DNA of 64,000 nt from Octopus sinensis (Eukaryota), in contig NC_043013.1 of NCBI RefSeq assembly GCF_006345805.1, forward strand, positions 18,166,001 to 18,230,000, in the 5' to 3' direction. Both the position numbers and the translations under genes were made by a program. The notes beneath the pieces are model-generated. The model searched no databases, was not told where the DNA came from, and was given only the letters and a program-made list of their open reading frames with translations. Positions 38,731 through 51,065 of this stretch are shown here, one piece after another (the stretch's first letter is position 1; each line of letters begins with the position of its first letter).

Positions 38731-41140
38731 AAGTATTTATTATTATTGTTAGTTTATTTTTCTGATTTTTACATTCTGAGTTCAAATTCCATCAAGGCTG
38801 ACTTTGTCATTCATCCTTTCAAGGTCACTATAATATAAAATAAGAGTCAAATGCCTAAAATTGAAACCTCATGCCAAAATTTGAAACCATTAAAGATGGC
38901 AAACGTACAGAATTGTTAGCAGAGTTAAAACATAAAGAGCTTGAAAAAATGTTGCCAAGCATTTCTAGCTCTGTATGTTTTGAGTTCAAATCTTACTTTG
39001 GCCAAATTTTCTTTCCATCTGTCTGAGGTTGATACGATAAAATAGCAGTCAAGGAGCGAGTGAAAAGTGAGTGACTTCTTTGATATTTCTGGTTCCAGAT
39101 AATATTCTTTCTTCACAATGTACAACATAGTTATTCAAACCCAATATTGCAGCATTGATAACATTTTTTGCATTTAACAAGCATCTGTCTCCTTCCCTTT
39201 TAGTAAGTCAAGCCTGTTCAATTTACTTTTAAGGGGGAGTGTGTTATGCATTGTGAGTAGATTCCTAGTTCTTCTAATTCCTGTATCTCTGTCTTTGTTC
39301 ATTACAGAAACAGAGCAGTATGTTTCAACTCTGGTGTAGCCCACTTATTGATTGCTGTGATGCCATTACCTTAACTTGGCTTTGGTTTTCAGCAGCTTTC
39401 TTATCCTTCTCTTTTACTCGGAGATTTCTTGCTCTCATTATTCTTTCCATTACTTGATCATCCTGCAGCATCCTTAGATACTTGTATCCTTCGTTATCTC
39501 TCAGTGATCTAATGATAACAGTTTGTAGTATCTGATGGTATAATATCATCAGATTTCATCTTTCAGCCTCTCTTCATAATTAAAACTGCACACTACCAAA
39601 TGCACACCAATATCCTGGCTAAATATTCTTGCTGATTGGATTGAAGAATTCAGGTGTTTTTAATTTTTCCTGTACAGCTCAAGATCATCCAAAGATAGCA
39701 TGCTTTCAGTCTGTCCAACCAACAGCTAAATTCTTCTTTTCTAGTCATACTTCATTTTCTATCATGCTAGATCAGTAGTTCCCCTTAACTTCTTTCTGCA
39801 TCCTTTTAGCTGTTCTCCTTCTCCACAAAGCTATTCACTTCATCTGTTAAGAGGCCAGCTAGTCATTTCTGTAGTAATGCTAAGCATGTAATTAGCCTTT
39901 GGTTCATGATTACCAACGTTCTTCTGTAGTAGCACTGTCTTTACTTTTCTCATCTATGTTGATGTTCCATTTCCTATACTACCAGTTACAAAACAGTTGC
40001 ATATAACTGTGGATGCTTGGAAAATCTTGAGCTCAGAACGTTTTCTAATTTGGCAACTTTTTAAACATCATTTTCACTTTCTTCTCTGTAGTAATTATCT
40101 TCTCTCATCTTGACCAATTTTCCATTCTGCTTTTAAATTTCCATATTCAGCCTGTTTCCCTTGCTATGTTGAACTTCTTTACTCCAGATATCTGACCAAA
40201 TTCTCCTTGCTGCTTCAGCATCTGGCACTTCACTCCTTTGATGTTCATTCTTATTGTTCAGCTATTGGTAAAATTTCCTTTCATTGTTTCTGAAGAGCAC
40301 GTTCTGCTGATATTGGTTTAGTCTTTGTTAGTATTTAGCTTACAGAAAAGGAGCAGTATATTTCTTTGAAATTTGCTGTATCTTTCTTTTGTCATCTTTT
40401 CAATTATAGCTTTTATAATTCCAAGATCTCTGTTGAACCATCAACCTGATTTTGAAATCTCAATTTTCGACATGTTTTCACTCCTTTTTTTTCCTGCTGA
40501 TCTGTAGAAATTTGTACAAGAATTTCTACAAATTCTTGGAGAAATTCCAAGAATTTCTACAGCAACAGAGACTGCACAGTATATGAAGTCATTTACATCT
40601 GTTATATATCTGTTATACTCTATGTTACTTTGAGGTATTTTGTGTGAGTCTTAACATTTTTAAGTTCAAATGCTGCCAAGGTTAACTTTGCCATTTATCA
40701 CTTTGAGGTCAGTAGAATAAAATACTAGTCAAGAACTGGGATCATAATGATCAACTCTTCCTGAATCTCACCACCATCCACCAACATAAATTTCTGACCT
40801 TGAAACTATCTTAGAAACAGTTATTATTATTTGGGTCCTTGTGGCCAATAAAGGGAATCATTATTATTTGTAGTCGTAAGCAGTGAGCTGACAGAATTGT
40901 TAGCATGTCAGACAAAACACTTCATGGCATTTCTTCTGGCTTTTCATGTTCTGAGTTCAAATACAACTGAGATCAACTTTGATTTCATTCTTTTGAAGTC
41001 AATAAAATAAAGTACCAGTCAAGTACTATGATCATTATGATAACTATTCCTTGACCCCAAACCCACCTGTCAATTTCTGGCCCTAAATGTTAGAAACCAT
41101 TATTATTATTATTATTATTAGTAGTAGTAGTAGTAGTAGT

Positions 41141-41443
41141 GTGGAGACGCAATGGCCCAGTGGTTAGGGCAGCGGACTCACGGTCGGAGGATCGCGGTTT
41201 CGATTCCCAGACCGGGCGTTGTGTGTGTTATTGAGCGAAAACATCTAAAGCTCCACGAGGCTCTGGCAGGGGGTGGTGGCGACCCCTGTTGTACTATTTC
41301 ACCCCAACTTTCTTTCACTCTTTCTTCCTGTTTCTTGAGTAACGCTGCAATGGACTGGCGTCACGTCCAGCTGGCGGGAACACATACACCATAGAAACCG
41401 GGAAACCGGGCCCATGAGCCTGGCTAGGCTTGAAAAGGGCGCA
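41141..41443 (+). mobile_element. tRNA-derived SINE, family D
   Basis: GTGGAGACGCAATGGCCCAGTGGTTAGGG (box A), GGTTTCGATTCCC (box B); ATGGACTGGCGTC.CGTCCAG block; inverted copy at 43336-43640. Confidence 0.9.
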
Positions 41444-41845
41444 AAGAAAGTAGTAGTAGTAGTAGTAGTAGTTACCATTAGGAATTTATAAACTACTTGC
41501 TAAATATCTGTAGAGTTCACAGCCATAATAAAACAATGAAATTCATTCAGTGTTAAAGTGTGTTTGTTTTTTTCAAAATAAAACAAAATCTGCATTTCAA
41601 TCATGTTGCCCAGACTGACTGACACCGTTCCTCTTTGGGATCATATTCAACAAACATAGAACTAAAATCAGAAATAGTCTCTGAACTAACCATTTCTGTC
41701 TAGTTAAAGGTTTGAAATAAATGCCATTTTTTGATAATGAAGTTCCAGATATAGTATTAATGAATCAAAACTCCAATTTTTAAAAACTTCCATATAAAAA
41801 TGTTTTTGGAATTCCTTCATACAGTGAATTCATGGAGGGAATTAA

Positions 41846-42056
41846 GTCATGCTGGCAGAATTGTTAGCATGCCAGGTGAAATGCTGAGCAGCATATCATC
41901 TATCTTTACGTTCTGAGTTCAAATTCCAACGAGGTCAACTTTGCTATTCATCCTTTCAATGCCAATAAAATAAGTACCAGTCAAGTACTAGGGTCAATGT
42001 AATTGACTTTTCCCCTCACCCAAATTTCAGGCCTTGTGCCTATAACAGAAAGAATT
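41846..42056 (+). mobile_element. SINE family B, degenerate
   Basis: GCTGGCAGAATTGTTAGC...GAGTTCAAATTCC. Confidence 0.8.
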
Positions 42057-42057
42057 A

Positions 42058-42197
42058 TGGTGTTAGGAAGGGCATCCAGCTGTAGAAACACTGCCAAATT
42101 AGACTAGAGCCTGGTGCAGCTTCCGTGGCTTACCAGACCTTGGTCGAACCGTCCAAGCAATGCTAGCATGGAAAACGGACGTTAAATGATGATGATG
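42058..42197 (+). mobile_element. RTE LINE 3' tail
   Basis: GTTAGGAAGGGCATCCAGCTGTAGAAAC...GGACGTTAAATGATGATGATG. Confidence 0.9.
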
Positions 42198-42368
42198 AGG
42201 ATAACACATTGCTAAAATGTTTTTTTTTTTATGTTAGACTGTTTACATGCAAAATCCACACAACAACACACACACACAAACACTCATTCAATGTTTTGTC
42301 CTGTGTCTAAAGTTTTTCTTGATGTAAATCTTTTTGTGGTCAATAAAGAAATCATTATCACCATGAGA

Positions 42369-42532
42369 TTTTCTTCTTTCAGTTCAGTTTTGCTTCCATT
42401 TCTTGCTGAGAATCTTTCTGACTCCTAAGGCAAGGAAATTCACTGTATTCATTGGTAGGCCAGTGAGTTTCTTTGCCTCAGAAGTTGGGAAGACACTAAA
42501 CAAGAAATGGAAACAAAACTGAAAGAAGAAAA
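42369..42532. other. 164-nt imperfect inverted repeat (foldback)
   Basis: Arms 42369-42445 and 42461-42532, 15-nt loop; 12 substitutions (10 transitions) and one 5-nt bulge. Confidence 0.9.
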
Positions 42533-43335
42533 CCAATAATAACAACAATAATAATAATAATAATAATAATAACTCTTTCATCACAAACACCATGACCACC
42601 ACCAATGTCATTACTCCCCAACCCTTGTGGTACAAAAAACTGTTCAAAGATGTAGAACCTAAAATCTATAGCCTGTCTCTATTCTCACCTATGGAAGGAA
42701 ATCTGTTGGGGAAAGTCAGTATGCTTAATTATACAGAAAAGGCTCTTTTGGTGCCTCATGTGATCCCTATGTCATGGGCTTTGGTTATAGGTAGTTTGTT
42801 GCAGAAAATCTTGCTGTTACAGTGAAGGTAACTAAACAGAAATCTCATGTTATCTTTTGTTTTCCTTTTCGTGGATCCTATTTTAAAAACAGTAGTGTGT
42901 TTGTTGAAGCTAGGGGAACAATGTGTATTTGGCTATTAAATAGAGCACGTTCTTGTTATTTAGCACCAGGTAATCCCCGACTGAGCAGGTCTGGGAACAA
43001 TAATGCAGCCATCTTGTTTTTTTTTTCCTGGACGTAGCGTACTTAGAATTACATCATGCAATGTACCTTAATTTTTTAAACGTAAAGAGACACCCAGCCA
43101 CCACTTGCAAGTGAGTAACGTTTAATGACATGTACCATGTTTTCACTAATTGTTTTAGGTGCCTGTGTAGTCACAAGCAGACATAGGCACCTTCTCAATC
43201 CTATCTGTTTTGACCTAGCAGAACACTGAGGTTGCAACAGCTAAGGGCAAGAAAATTCTATATCAGCACTGACTGATACTCATTTACTGCCGAGTAGACT
43301 GAAGCAATGTGAAATGAAGCACCTTTTTTTATTTG

Positions 43336-43636
43336 TGCACCCTTTTCAAGCCTAGCCAGGCTCATGGGCCCGGTTTCCCAGTTTCTGTGGCGTATGTGTT
43401 CCCTCCAGCTGGACGGGACACCAGTCCATCGCAGTGTTACTCAAGAAACAGGAAGAAAGAGTGAAAGAAAATTGGGGCGAAAGAGTACAACAGGGGTCAC
43501 CACCACCCTCTGCAGGAGCCACGTGGAGCTTTTAGGTGTTTTCACTCAATAAACACGCACAAAGCCCGGTCTGGGAATCGAAACCACGATCCTCCGACCG
43601 CATGTCCACTGCCCTAACCACTGGGCCATTGCACTT

Positions 43637-43640
<4 letters not shown>
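43336..43640 (-). mobile_element. SINE family D
   Basis: Reverse complement of 41141-41443. Confidence 0.9.
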
Positions 43641-43669
<29 letters not shown>

Positions 43670-44245
43670 TAGATAGCTGTTTTAATACAGACGTTTTACT
43701 GATTATGTCCTTCCATGTCAAATGGCTCACTTAAATGAGTCAGTTATCATAACATATCTAATTTAATCGTTGATTATCTCATTAATGGCTCCATTGAGAA
43801 TTTAATATCAGACTTAATATATCTTTATGAATCACAGACTTTGCAGCACAAGAATTATGTGACAACCGGTGGAAGCATGAAAAAACGTTTTGGAAAACCA
43901 GAATTCATTCTAAAGGAAAATTTCATGCTAACTAAAGCATAACAATCCTAATTATATCTTCTCTATTAAATGATGTAGATGGGTGGGTTGGGGCATGGAA
44001 TATTTTTCTTTTTATTGTAGTCAAAAGAGCTAAAGCAATATTTGTAACTTTTTCCTAGACCAGTGAGGTAGTAGTATAGTAAAGCAGCCCTCAATTTTTT
44101 TAAGGATTACAAATACAGGTGTGCAGAGAAAGGGGTCATTTTAACTAATTTTTACTTTTGTTAGATCATCAACAGAAAAGCAATACCTATGGGATGATCA
44201 AAGCTTTGTGAGTGTATTTTGTAGGCAGAAACTGAAAGAAGCCTG

Positions 44246-44311
<66 letters not shown>

Positions 44312-44334
44312 GCATGTGTATGTGTATATATAAA

Positions 44335-44540
44335 GTTAATCCAAACATGAAAACACAGAGAAAACACAACAACGCGAGGATGTGGAACAAGTATAGTGTT
44401 ATTGGACGCTCAGGAAAGGAAAGAAAGAAGGAAGATTTAACGTTTCGAGCAGAGCTCTTCATCAGAAACATAGGAAAAGGAAAGATCCAAGGAATGGAAG
44501 ACAGAGGAAAAAAAATCGCCAATGATACACAGGTGGTCAC
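44335..44540 (-). mobile_element. 206-bp Penelope-pLTR/retrozyme-like element
   Basis: Second copy at 49170-49376 with the same two boundaries; ends in (TA)n; contains a hammerhead core. Confidence 0.7.
44434..44470 (-). ncRNA. Minimal type I hammerhead ribozyme-like motif
   Basis: UUU-CUGAUGA-A-GAGC-UCU-GCUC-GAAAC-GUU-AAAUC; palindromic AACGTT in place of helix III. Confidence 0.6.
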
Positions 44541-45279
44541 TGTCAATGTCAAGTAAGCAATGTTCTTCTTTCCAATCTTCTATGAAAACTTTGCTGGCCA
44601 TGGGGAAATATTACCTTGCTTGGAAACAAGTGAGGGTTGGTGACAAGAAAACTATTTGGTTGTAGAGAATCTACCTCAACCAATTCCATCTGATCCATTG
44701 AAAAGTGGATGTCATAATGATGACAACAATGACAATGATGATAGCTATTGTTGTTAATGATGAGGGCTGTGAGGAGAAGGGCTACTCTTTGAGATGCAGT
44801 TTATTAGCTATGTTCAGGATGCATGTTTACTCAGGAAGATCCTCAGTGATAGTGAGGACCATTGTTTGCAGTGACCTCTAGGATTCTAGCTGAATGCTTG
44901 CCCACACACATGCTGTGTCTTCTCTCTCTCTTTACCTTTTCCACTGATACACCGATTGTCTCTGCTTCAGGAAATCTTTTTTTACCATGTTTAATCTGAT
45001 ACTCCTACATCACCTGTCTCCTCTCCCATAAACATCAAGATTTGCACTAACCACTCTAACCCCTAAACCCGGTCACAGTTCAACACAAGAAACATACTGC
45101 CAATGTAACAGGTCAAAGAGGGTCTGTGAGAGATATGGGTACAGCTTTTCCTCCACACAAATGGTATTAAAAAAAAAAGAGAATATTCCAGCTGAGATCT
45201 GCCTATCTTTTTAAAACTAGCAGGTACTACATTATCCGATGTATCCTCATTTACAAGAGAATAGTGTACTATTGGAGGA

Positions 45280-45860
45280 CCTATGCTTGCTATTTTTAGA
45301 GTACTGTAACGTAGGGCAGTGCATTGTAATGCGAGTAGTACAATGTAGGGCTGTGAAAAGCAGGGCAGGGTAGTGTAGGACAGTGTAGTATTGGGCAGCA
45401 TAGTGTATGTAGGCCAATGTATTGCCCGATAGTGTTGTATAGGCTAGTGTAGTGCAGTGTAATGAAGGGTATGTAGGTTAGTGTAGGGGAGAGCTTATGA
45501 TGTAAAACTGTGTAGCATTGTATAAAGGCAATGTAGTGTAATGTAGGACAGTAGAGTGTAGGTAGTGTAGAAGTGTGCAGTGTAGTGTAAGTGTATTGTT
45601 GTGTGGTGAAGTGTTGTGCAGTGGTGTACAGTGATATGCTTTAATGTTGTGGCATGCTTGGGTGTACATGGTGGTGTGTGCTGTAATGTATGATGTGGTG
45701 TAGTCTTGTGTAGAGGTGTGTAATATGTGCAGTGTATACAGAGTGGTGTATTGTGATGTGTAGTGAATAATGTGTAGTTGTGTGTTGCAGTGTGAAGTGG
45801 TTCGTTATGGCGTTTATTGGTTCATTATGGTGTGAAGTGGTTCATTATGATAATGTTAGC
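45280..45860. repeat. Degenerate pentanucleotide (GTGTA)n-type satellite
   Basis: Repeated AGTGT/TAGTG/TGTAG. Confidence 0.8.
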
Positions 45861-46756
45861 TGAGTTGGTGTCATATGTGGTGTCATGTATTCGTGAATTA
45901 TTAGTGGGTGCTTTTTTTATATTGTTGGAGCAAAAAGGGTTAAGATATTCTCAATTGTGAAAAGGTCTCAATAAGTTGGGTTTAATAGGGTTTCCTCAAC
46001 CTTTATCAGTGATTCATTATGGTGTAAAGTAGTATACATTGTTGTGACTGTCTATATAACAATTAGAAATGATGTTCATTAAAAAACATTGAACGGGTGT
46101 ATAAAAAATGGGGCAAGGTGTGCAGTGACGGATGTGGTGATGGTTGGTGAGGCTGGCGAGGTGGTTAGTAGGTGGGGTTTGACAGGTATGAAAGTTGCTT
46201 AAAGACTGGTGACCAGTTCAATCGTTTCATTTATATCATTCTCAATTGTCCCCCCCCCCACCTCTTACTCTCATCACCATCCCCGACATAATCATCCTTA
46301 TCATAACAACCACCATCATCATCATCACCATCAATAAAGTAATGTAGCCCAAAGTCAGAAGTGGCTATTGTATTAATTATATTCTCTGACAAAAATTAAA
46401 GGTAATCACTCTCTGTCTCCCTTGCTCTCTCTCTCTCTCTCTCTCTCTCTGTTTAAGTCTACTGGTATGTTGGGTTGTGTCCCTTGATATCAAAGATGTA
46501 ACCTGTATGCGTACGTACTGTGTGTTGCATGTTATTTATTGTATTTGATGTATGTTGTAATGACATGTGTGGTATACAATGCATGTGTGATAAAAAAAAT
46601 GGCATGAGTATGTACCCCAGATGCATTTGTTGTGTATGAATTCAATGTAGTATGTGTGTGAGTGTGTGTGTATGTGATATATGTGGTTATAAATGTATTG
46701 TAGTACATTTGCATGAATGTATATGTACAGTAAGGTGTGTCTGTGTGTATGTATGT

Positions 46757-46784
<28 letters not shown>

Positions 46785-46788
<4 letters not shown>

Positions 46789-47105
46789 GGGCGCGTGGCT
46801 TAGTGGTTAGGGCATTCGGCTCATGATCGTAAGGTTGTGAGTTCGATTCCCGGCGACGCATTGTGTCCTTGAGCAAGACACTTTATTTCACGTTGCTCCA
46901 GTCCACTCAGCTGGCAAAAATGAGTTGTACTTGTATTTCAAAGGGTCAGCCTTGTCACTCTCTGTGTCACGCTGATTTTCCCCGAGAACTACGTTAAGGG
47001 TACACGTGTCTGTGGAATGCTCAGCCATTTGCACGTTAATTTCACGAGCAAGCTGTTCCGTTGATCGTATCAGCTGGGACCCTCGTCGTCGTAACCGGCG
47101 GAGTC
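46785..47105 (+). mobile_element. tRNA-derived CORE-type SINE, family C, full length
   Basis: Box A TGGCTTAGTGG 46796-46806, box B GTTCGATTCC 46841-46850, GTCCTTGAGCAAGACACTT block. Confidence 0.92.
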
Positions 47106-47111
47106 TTTAAG

Positions 47112-47160
<49 letters not shown>

Positions 47161-47405
47161 TGAGTGTGTGTGTGTTTGTGTGTGGGTGGGTGTGACCTCA
47201 TCTTATTTTAATGCTCTTCCACTGTTTTTCCATTAAACAAAATTAAAATACCTCACTTAACTCTGGAAACCAAATTTATTATTTTTTACTCCTATTTCTT
47301 TGTTTTTCTTTTTTGTGTTTGTTCCAAATTTTCCTTAAAAAAACAATTTAGAATTACCAATCAACTAACCAGCCAGCCAACCACCTTCACACTACCACCA
47401 CAGCT

Positions 47406-47446
<41 letters not shown>

Positions 47447-47967
47447 AAATAAGTAAATAAACACACAAAAATATAGTAGACACAGGAAGACAGTTAACTT
47501 CTCATGGGACCTGTGTGTACGGTTTCATGGCTTAAATGGAAATCACCAGGGAAAAAAAAAAATCAACTGCAGCTTTACACATACATACACAAACACTCAC
47601 AATCTCACACACAGTCACAAATGCATACTGACACCAATGCACAAACACACGCAAAACAGAATCTTGCGTAATATAGTCAGTAGCAAAATTTCAATCAAGT
47701 GAGATTATCAGCGCACATTTGGAGCCAGAAACTTCCTCTAGAGGGAGTTGAAATTGAAAAAAACATTAAGTAAGAGAGATAACTCTTGCAAAATCAGCTG
47801 ACTGAAATATTTGGGAAATTAAAACATATGCTGTTAAAAGTGAACTCTGTCTTTGTAGCCAACTGGGAACAGCAACAGATATTGTTTGTTCTTGTTCAAT
47901 ATCATCAGGGAAGTGTATTCACTTGCTGCAAGTAATTACTCTTACAACACTCATTTTATATATTTTT

Positions 47968-48300
47968 AGGAGTGGCTGTGTGGTAAGTAGCTTGCTTACC
48001 AACCACATGGTTCCGGGTTCAGTCCCACTGCATGGCACCTGGGGCAAGTGTCTTCTACTATAGCCTCAGGCCGACCAAAGCCTTGTGAGTAGATTTAGTA
48101 GACAGAAACTGAAAGAAGCCCGCTGTATATATGTATATATGTGAGTGTGTGTGTTTGTGTGTCTGTGTTTGCCCCCCAACATTGCTTGACAACTGATGTA
48201 CTCGGCTTACAAAGAATAAGTCCTGGGGTCGATTTGCTCGACTAAAAGCGTTGCTCCAGCATGGCCACAGTCAAGTGACTGAAACAAGTAAAAGAGTAAA
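47968..48300 (+). mobile_element. SINE family A with internal deletion
   Basis: Aligns with 32614-33072. Confidence 0.9.
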
Positions 48301-49034
48301 ATAATATTTAATTATAAAAATATAATAGGTTATTTTAAACATTGAATGGTTATGAGGATCCATCCGAGTAAAATAGGAATCAGAGGGGTTCACAGGTAAA
48401 AAACAGTTGAGAAACACTGCTTTAAGGGAACATGGGAATGTAAACTCTCTTTAACATCAACAACTGTATTGATTTCAGAATGGAAAGTACCAGAACATAC
48501 TGCAAAGCATTTTTATCCAACACTCTAACAATTCTGGCAATGCACCACTCTCAACATTACTATTAATAATAACATTAATGGCACTGTTATATTATTATAT
48601 ATTAATAATAATATTATCAACATTTTGTCTTCATAACAATATATATTTTTTTCTATCTTTTGCCAAACATTACTTCCTGTTAAGTCTGTGAACAATTCCA
48701 GACTGTCGACATATATCTTGTCTCTCATCTTATCTTGCTAAATCTACATCAATATATAAATATAATTTTTTTTAATGTTTAAAGCAATAAAAAACATTTC
48801 TAAATGAATCTACATAATTTAGTCAATTACCATTATAATGCTTAATATATCTATTTATATGCTATTTCATGCACATATTTTAGATGATCGTCAATATATA
48901 TATATATCATTACATGTCTATTTATATCTTATACATACATATTTTAGTTGATTCACCCGTATATATATATATATATATATATATTGTTATAGATCTCTTT
49001 ATATTTTGTTATACATGTTTTTTGTTGATCGCTG

Positions 49035-49082
<48 letters not shown>

Positions 49083-49086
<4 letters not shown>

Positions 49087-49146
49087 TCATCATCATCATC
49101 ATTTAAGCGGACGTTAAACGATGATGATGATGATGATGATGATGAT
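49083..49146. mobile_element. Minimal paired RTE tails, (ATC)n-TTTAA-GCGGACGTTAAACG-(ATG)n
   Basis: Both halves match the last bases of the RTE 3' end; embedded in (TA)n. Confidence 0.7.
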
Positions 49147-49169
49147 ATATATATATATATATATATATA

Positions 49170-49376
49170 GTTAATCCAAACATGAACAAAGAGAAAACAC
49201 AACAACGCAAGGACGTAGAATAAGTATAGTGTTATTAGACGCTCAAGAAAGGAAAGAAAGAAGGAGGATTTTACGTTTTGAGCGGAGCTCTTCATCAGAA
49301 ATATAGAAAAAAAAAGATAAAGTCCAAAGAAAGGAAGACGGAGAAAGAAAATTGCCAACGATACACACACGGTCAC
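49170..49376 (-). mobile_element. 207-bp Penelope-pLTR/retrozyme-like element, copy 2
   Basis: Aligns end-to-end with 44335-44540; hammerhead core 49266-49303 with G12>A (CUGAUGA-A-GAGC-UCC-GCUC-AAAAC-GUA-AAAUCC). Confidence 0.7.
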
Positions 49377-50104
49377 ATATTGAAATGATATATATATATA
49401 TATCCACACACACATATACACATGTATATATATGTCATTATATATCTATTTATAGCTTACACATGCAAATTTTAGTTGATTGCCAACATATATATCTCCT
49501 TTTCAGTTAACATCCATGTTCCATGTCAGCATGGGTTAGACAGATTGACAGGATTTAAACGGTCCAAGAACTACATTATGCTCTGTTTTCTACTTTGACA
49601 TGGTCCATGCCTGGATACCCTTCCTAACAGCAAATCATTTGAAAGCATGTAAACAACATTATTGGGTGCATGTTTGGTGCCACCAGCACAAGTGAACCCA
49701 CAATGCTGCTAGCAAAAATGACAAACCCCAATAGGGCTGTGGCTTTACGTAAAGAGATGATAGATCAAAGTATGAAAGAAGAGGCCAGAGACTTATAACT
49801 AGTAGAAGAGTTATAAGGCTCCTCACATTTTAGAAGAATGTGTGGAGACGTGGTGCCCAGGGTGGAGTTGGGAAGAGATAAAAGTAGTGGTGATGAGGTG
49901 CTCAGGTGGACTTCTGAGGCACAAGGTGAGTAAAAGTTGGAGACAGAAGAACCAAAAGTATGGGTGGTTAGAGGTTGCAAAAGTGTATGGGAGATGGATA
50001 AATGGAAAATAGATGATCTTTATATATATATCTAGTTATACTTGGAGATGGTAATTTTTTTTTTGCCAATTAAATATGTGCACTATGTGTGTGTGTGAGT
50101 ATAT

Positions 50105-50506
50105 TCTTTACTCTCTTTTACTCTTTTACTTGCTTCAGTCATTTGACTGCGGCCAAGCTGGAGCACTGCCTTTAGTCGAGCAAATCGACCCCAGGACTTA
50201 TTCTTTGTAAGCCTAGTACTTATTCTATCGGTCTCTTTTGCCGAACCGCTAAGTTATGGGGACGTAAACACACCAGCATCGGTTGTCAAGCGATGTTGGT
50301 GGGACAAACACAGACACAAACATACACACACACATATATATACATATATATGACAGGCTTCTTTCAGTTTCTGTCTACCAAATCCACTCACAAGGCTTTA
50401 GTTGACCCGAGACTATAGTAGAAGACACTTGCCCAAGGTGCCACGCAGTGGGACTGAACCCGGAACCATGTGGTTGGGAAGCGAGCTTCAGACCACACAG
50501 CCACTC
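50105..50506 (-). mobile_element. SINE family A, full length
   Basis: Aligns with 1222-1642. Confidence 0.92.
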
Positions 50507-50843
50507 TGATATATATATATATGTATGTATGTATATTTGTATGTGTGAATGGCAATTCAACATGTCCCAATTAACATTGAGTGATAAACAGTAACATAGT
50601 TTATATTCTCCAATAAAAAGCTGTGCCATAGAACAGCGGGCATGTGATGACCAGGGACATAAAAATTACTTTACTGGGAAGGCAAGTTGAGGTTAATGAC
50701 AGAGAGAGCATCCAACCATAGAGTATCTATACCAATAAGTTTCATCTAACCCATGCCAGTATATGTGAAGATCAAATAAATAGTGTACATATTTAATTGG
50801 CAAAAGAAAATTACCATCTCCAAGTATAACTATATATATATAT

Positions 50844-50906
<63 letters not shown>

Positions 50907-51026
50907 ATGTGATAATGACAACTGATACTATGATGATGATGATAATGATGATGGTGACAGCATCTTTCTGACTATCTCTTTCTCTTTGTTTCACTCATAT
51001 TACAGTGTCTATTTGCTCTACTTTCC

Positions 51027-51065
<39 letters not shown>

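Larger units (their letters stand above)
37420..40500 (-). mobile_element. Fragmented R4/Dong-like non-LTR retrotransposon (RT, CCHC, restriction-like endonuclease)
   Basis: Collinear on minus: IWSDIWS/KLPNWK-like region ~40000-40250; LDDLELY 39672-39692; GYKYL ~39480; CRLCG-x7-H-x4-C ~37830-37890 then MRH; KHNRSDIMIW...VVEISCPADVN ~37560-37650. Stops and frameshifts; split by insertions 38145-39140. Confidence 0.8.

Noticed and set aside
46785-46860. tRNA-like sequences with A and B boxes (also ~41141, ~30211, ~32614)
   Set aside because: SINE heads: no cloverleaf 3' end, and continuous with repeat bodies
49765-49980. S/P/L-rich ORFs resembling decayed CR1-group C-termini (also 53445-53666, ~59270-59400)
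   Set aside because: Similarity too weak to call without a profile search
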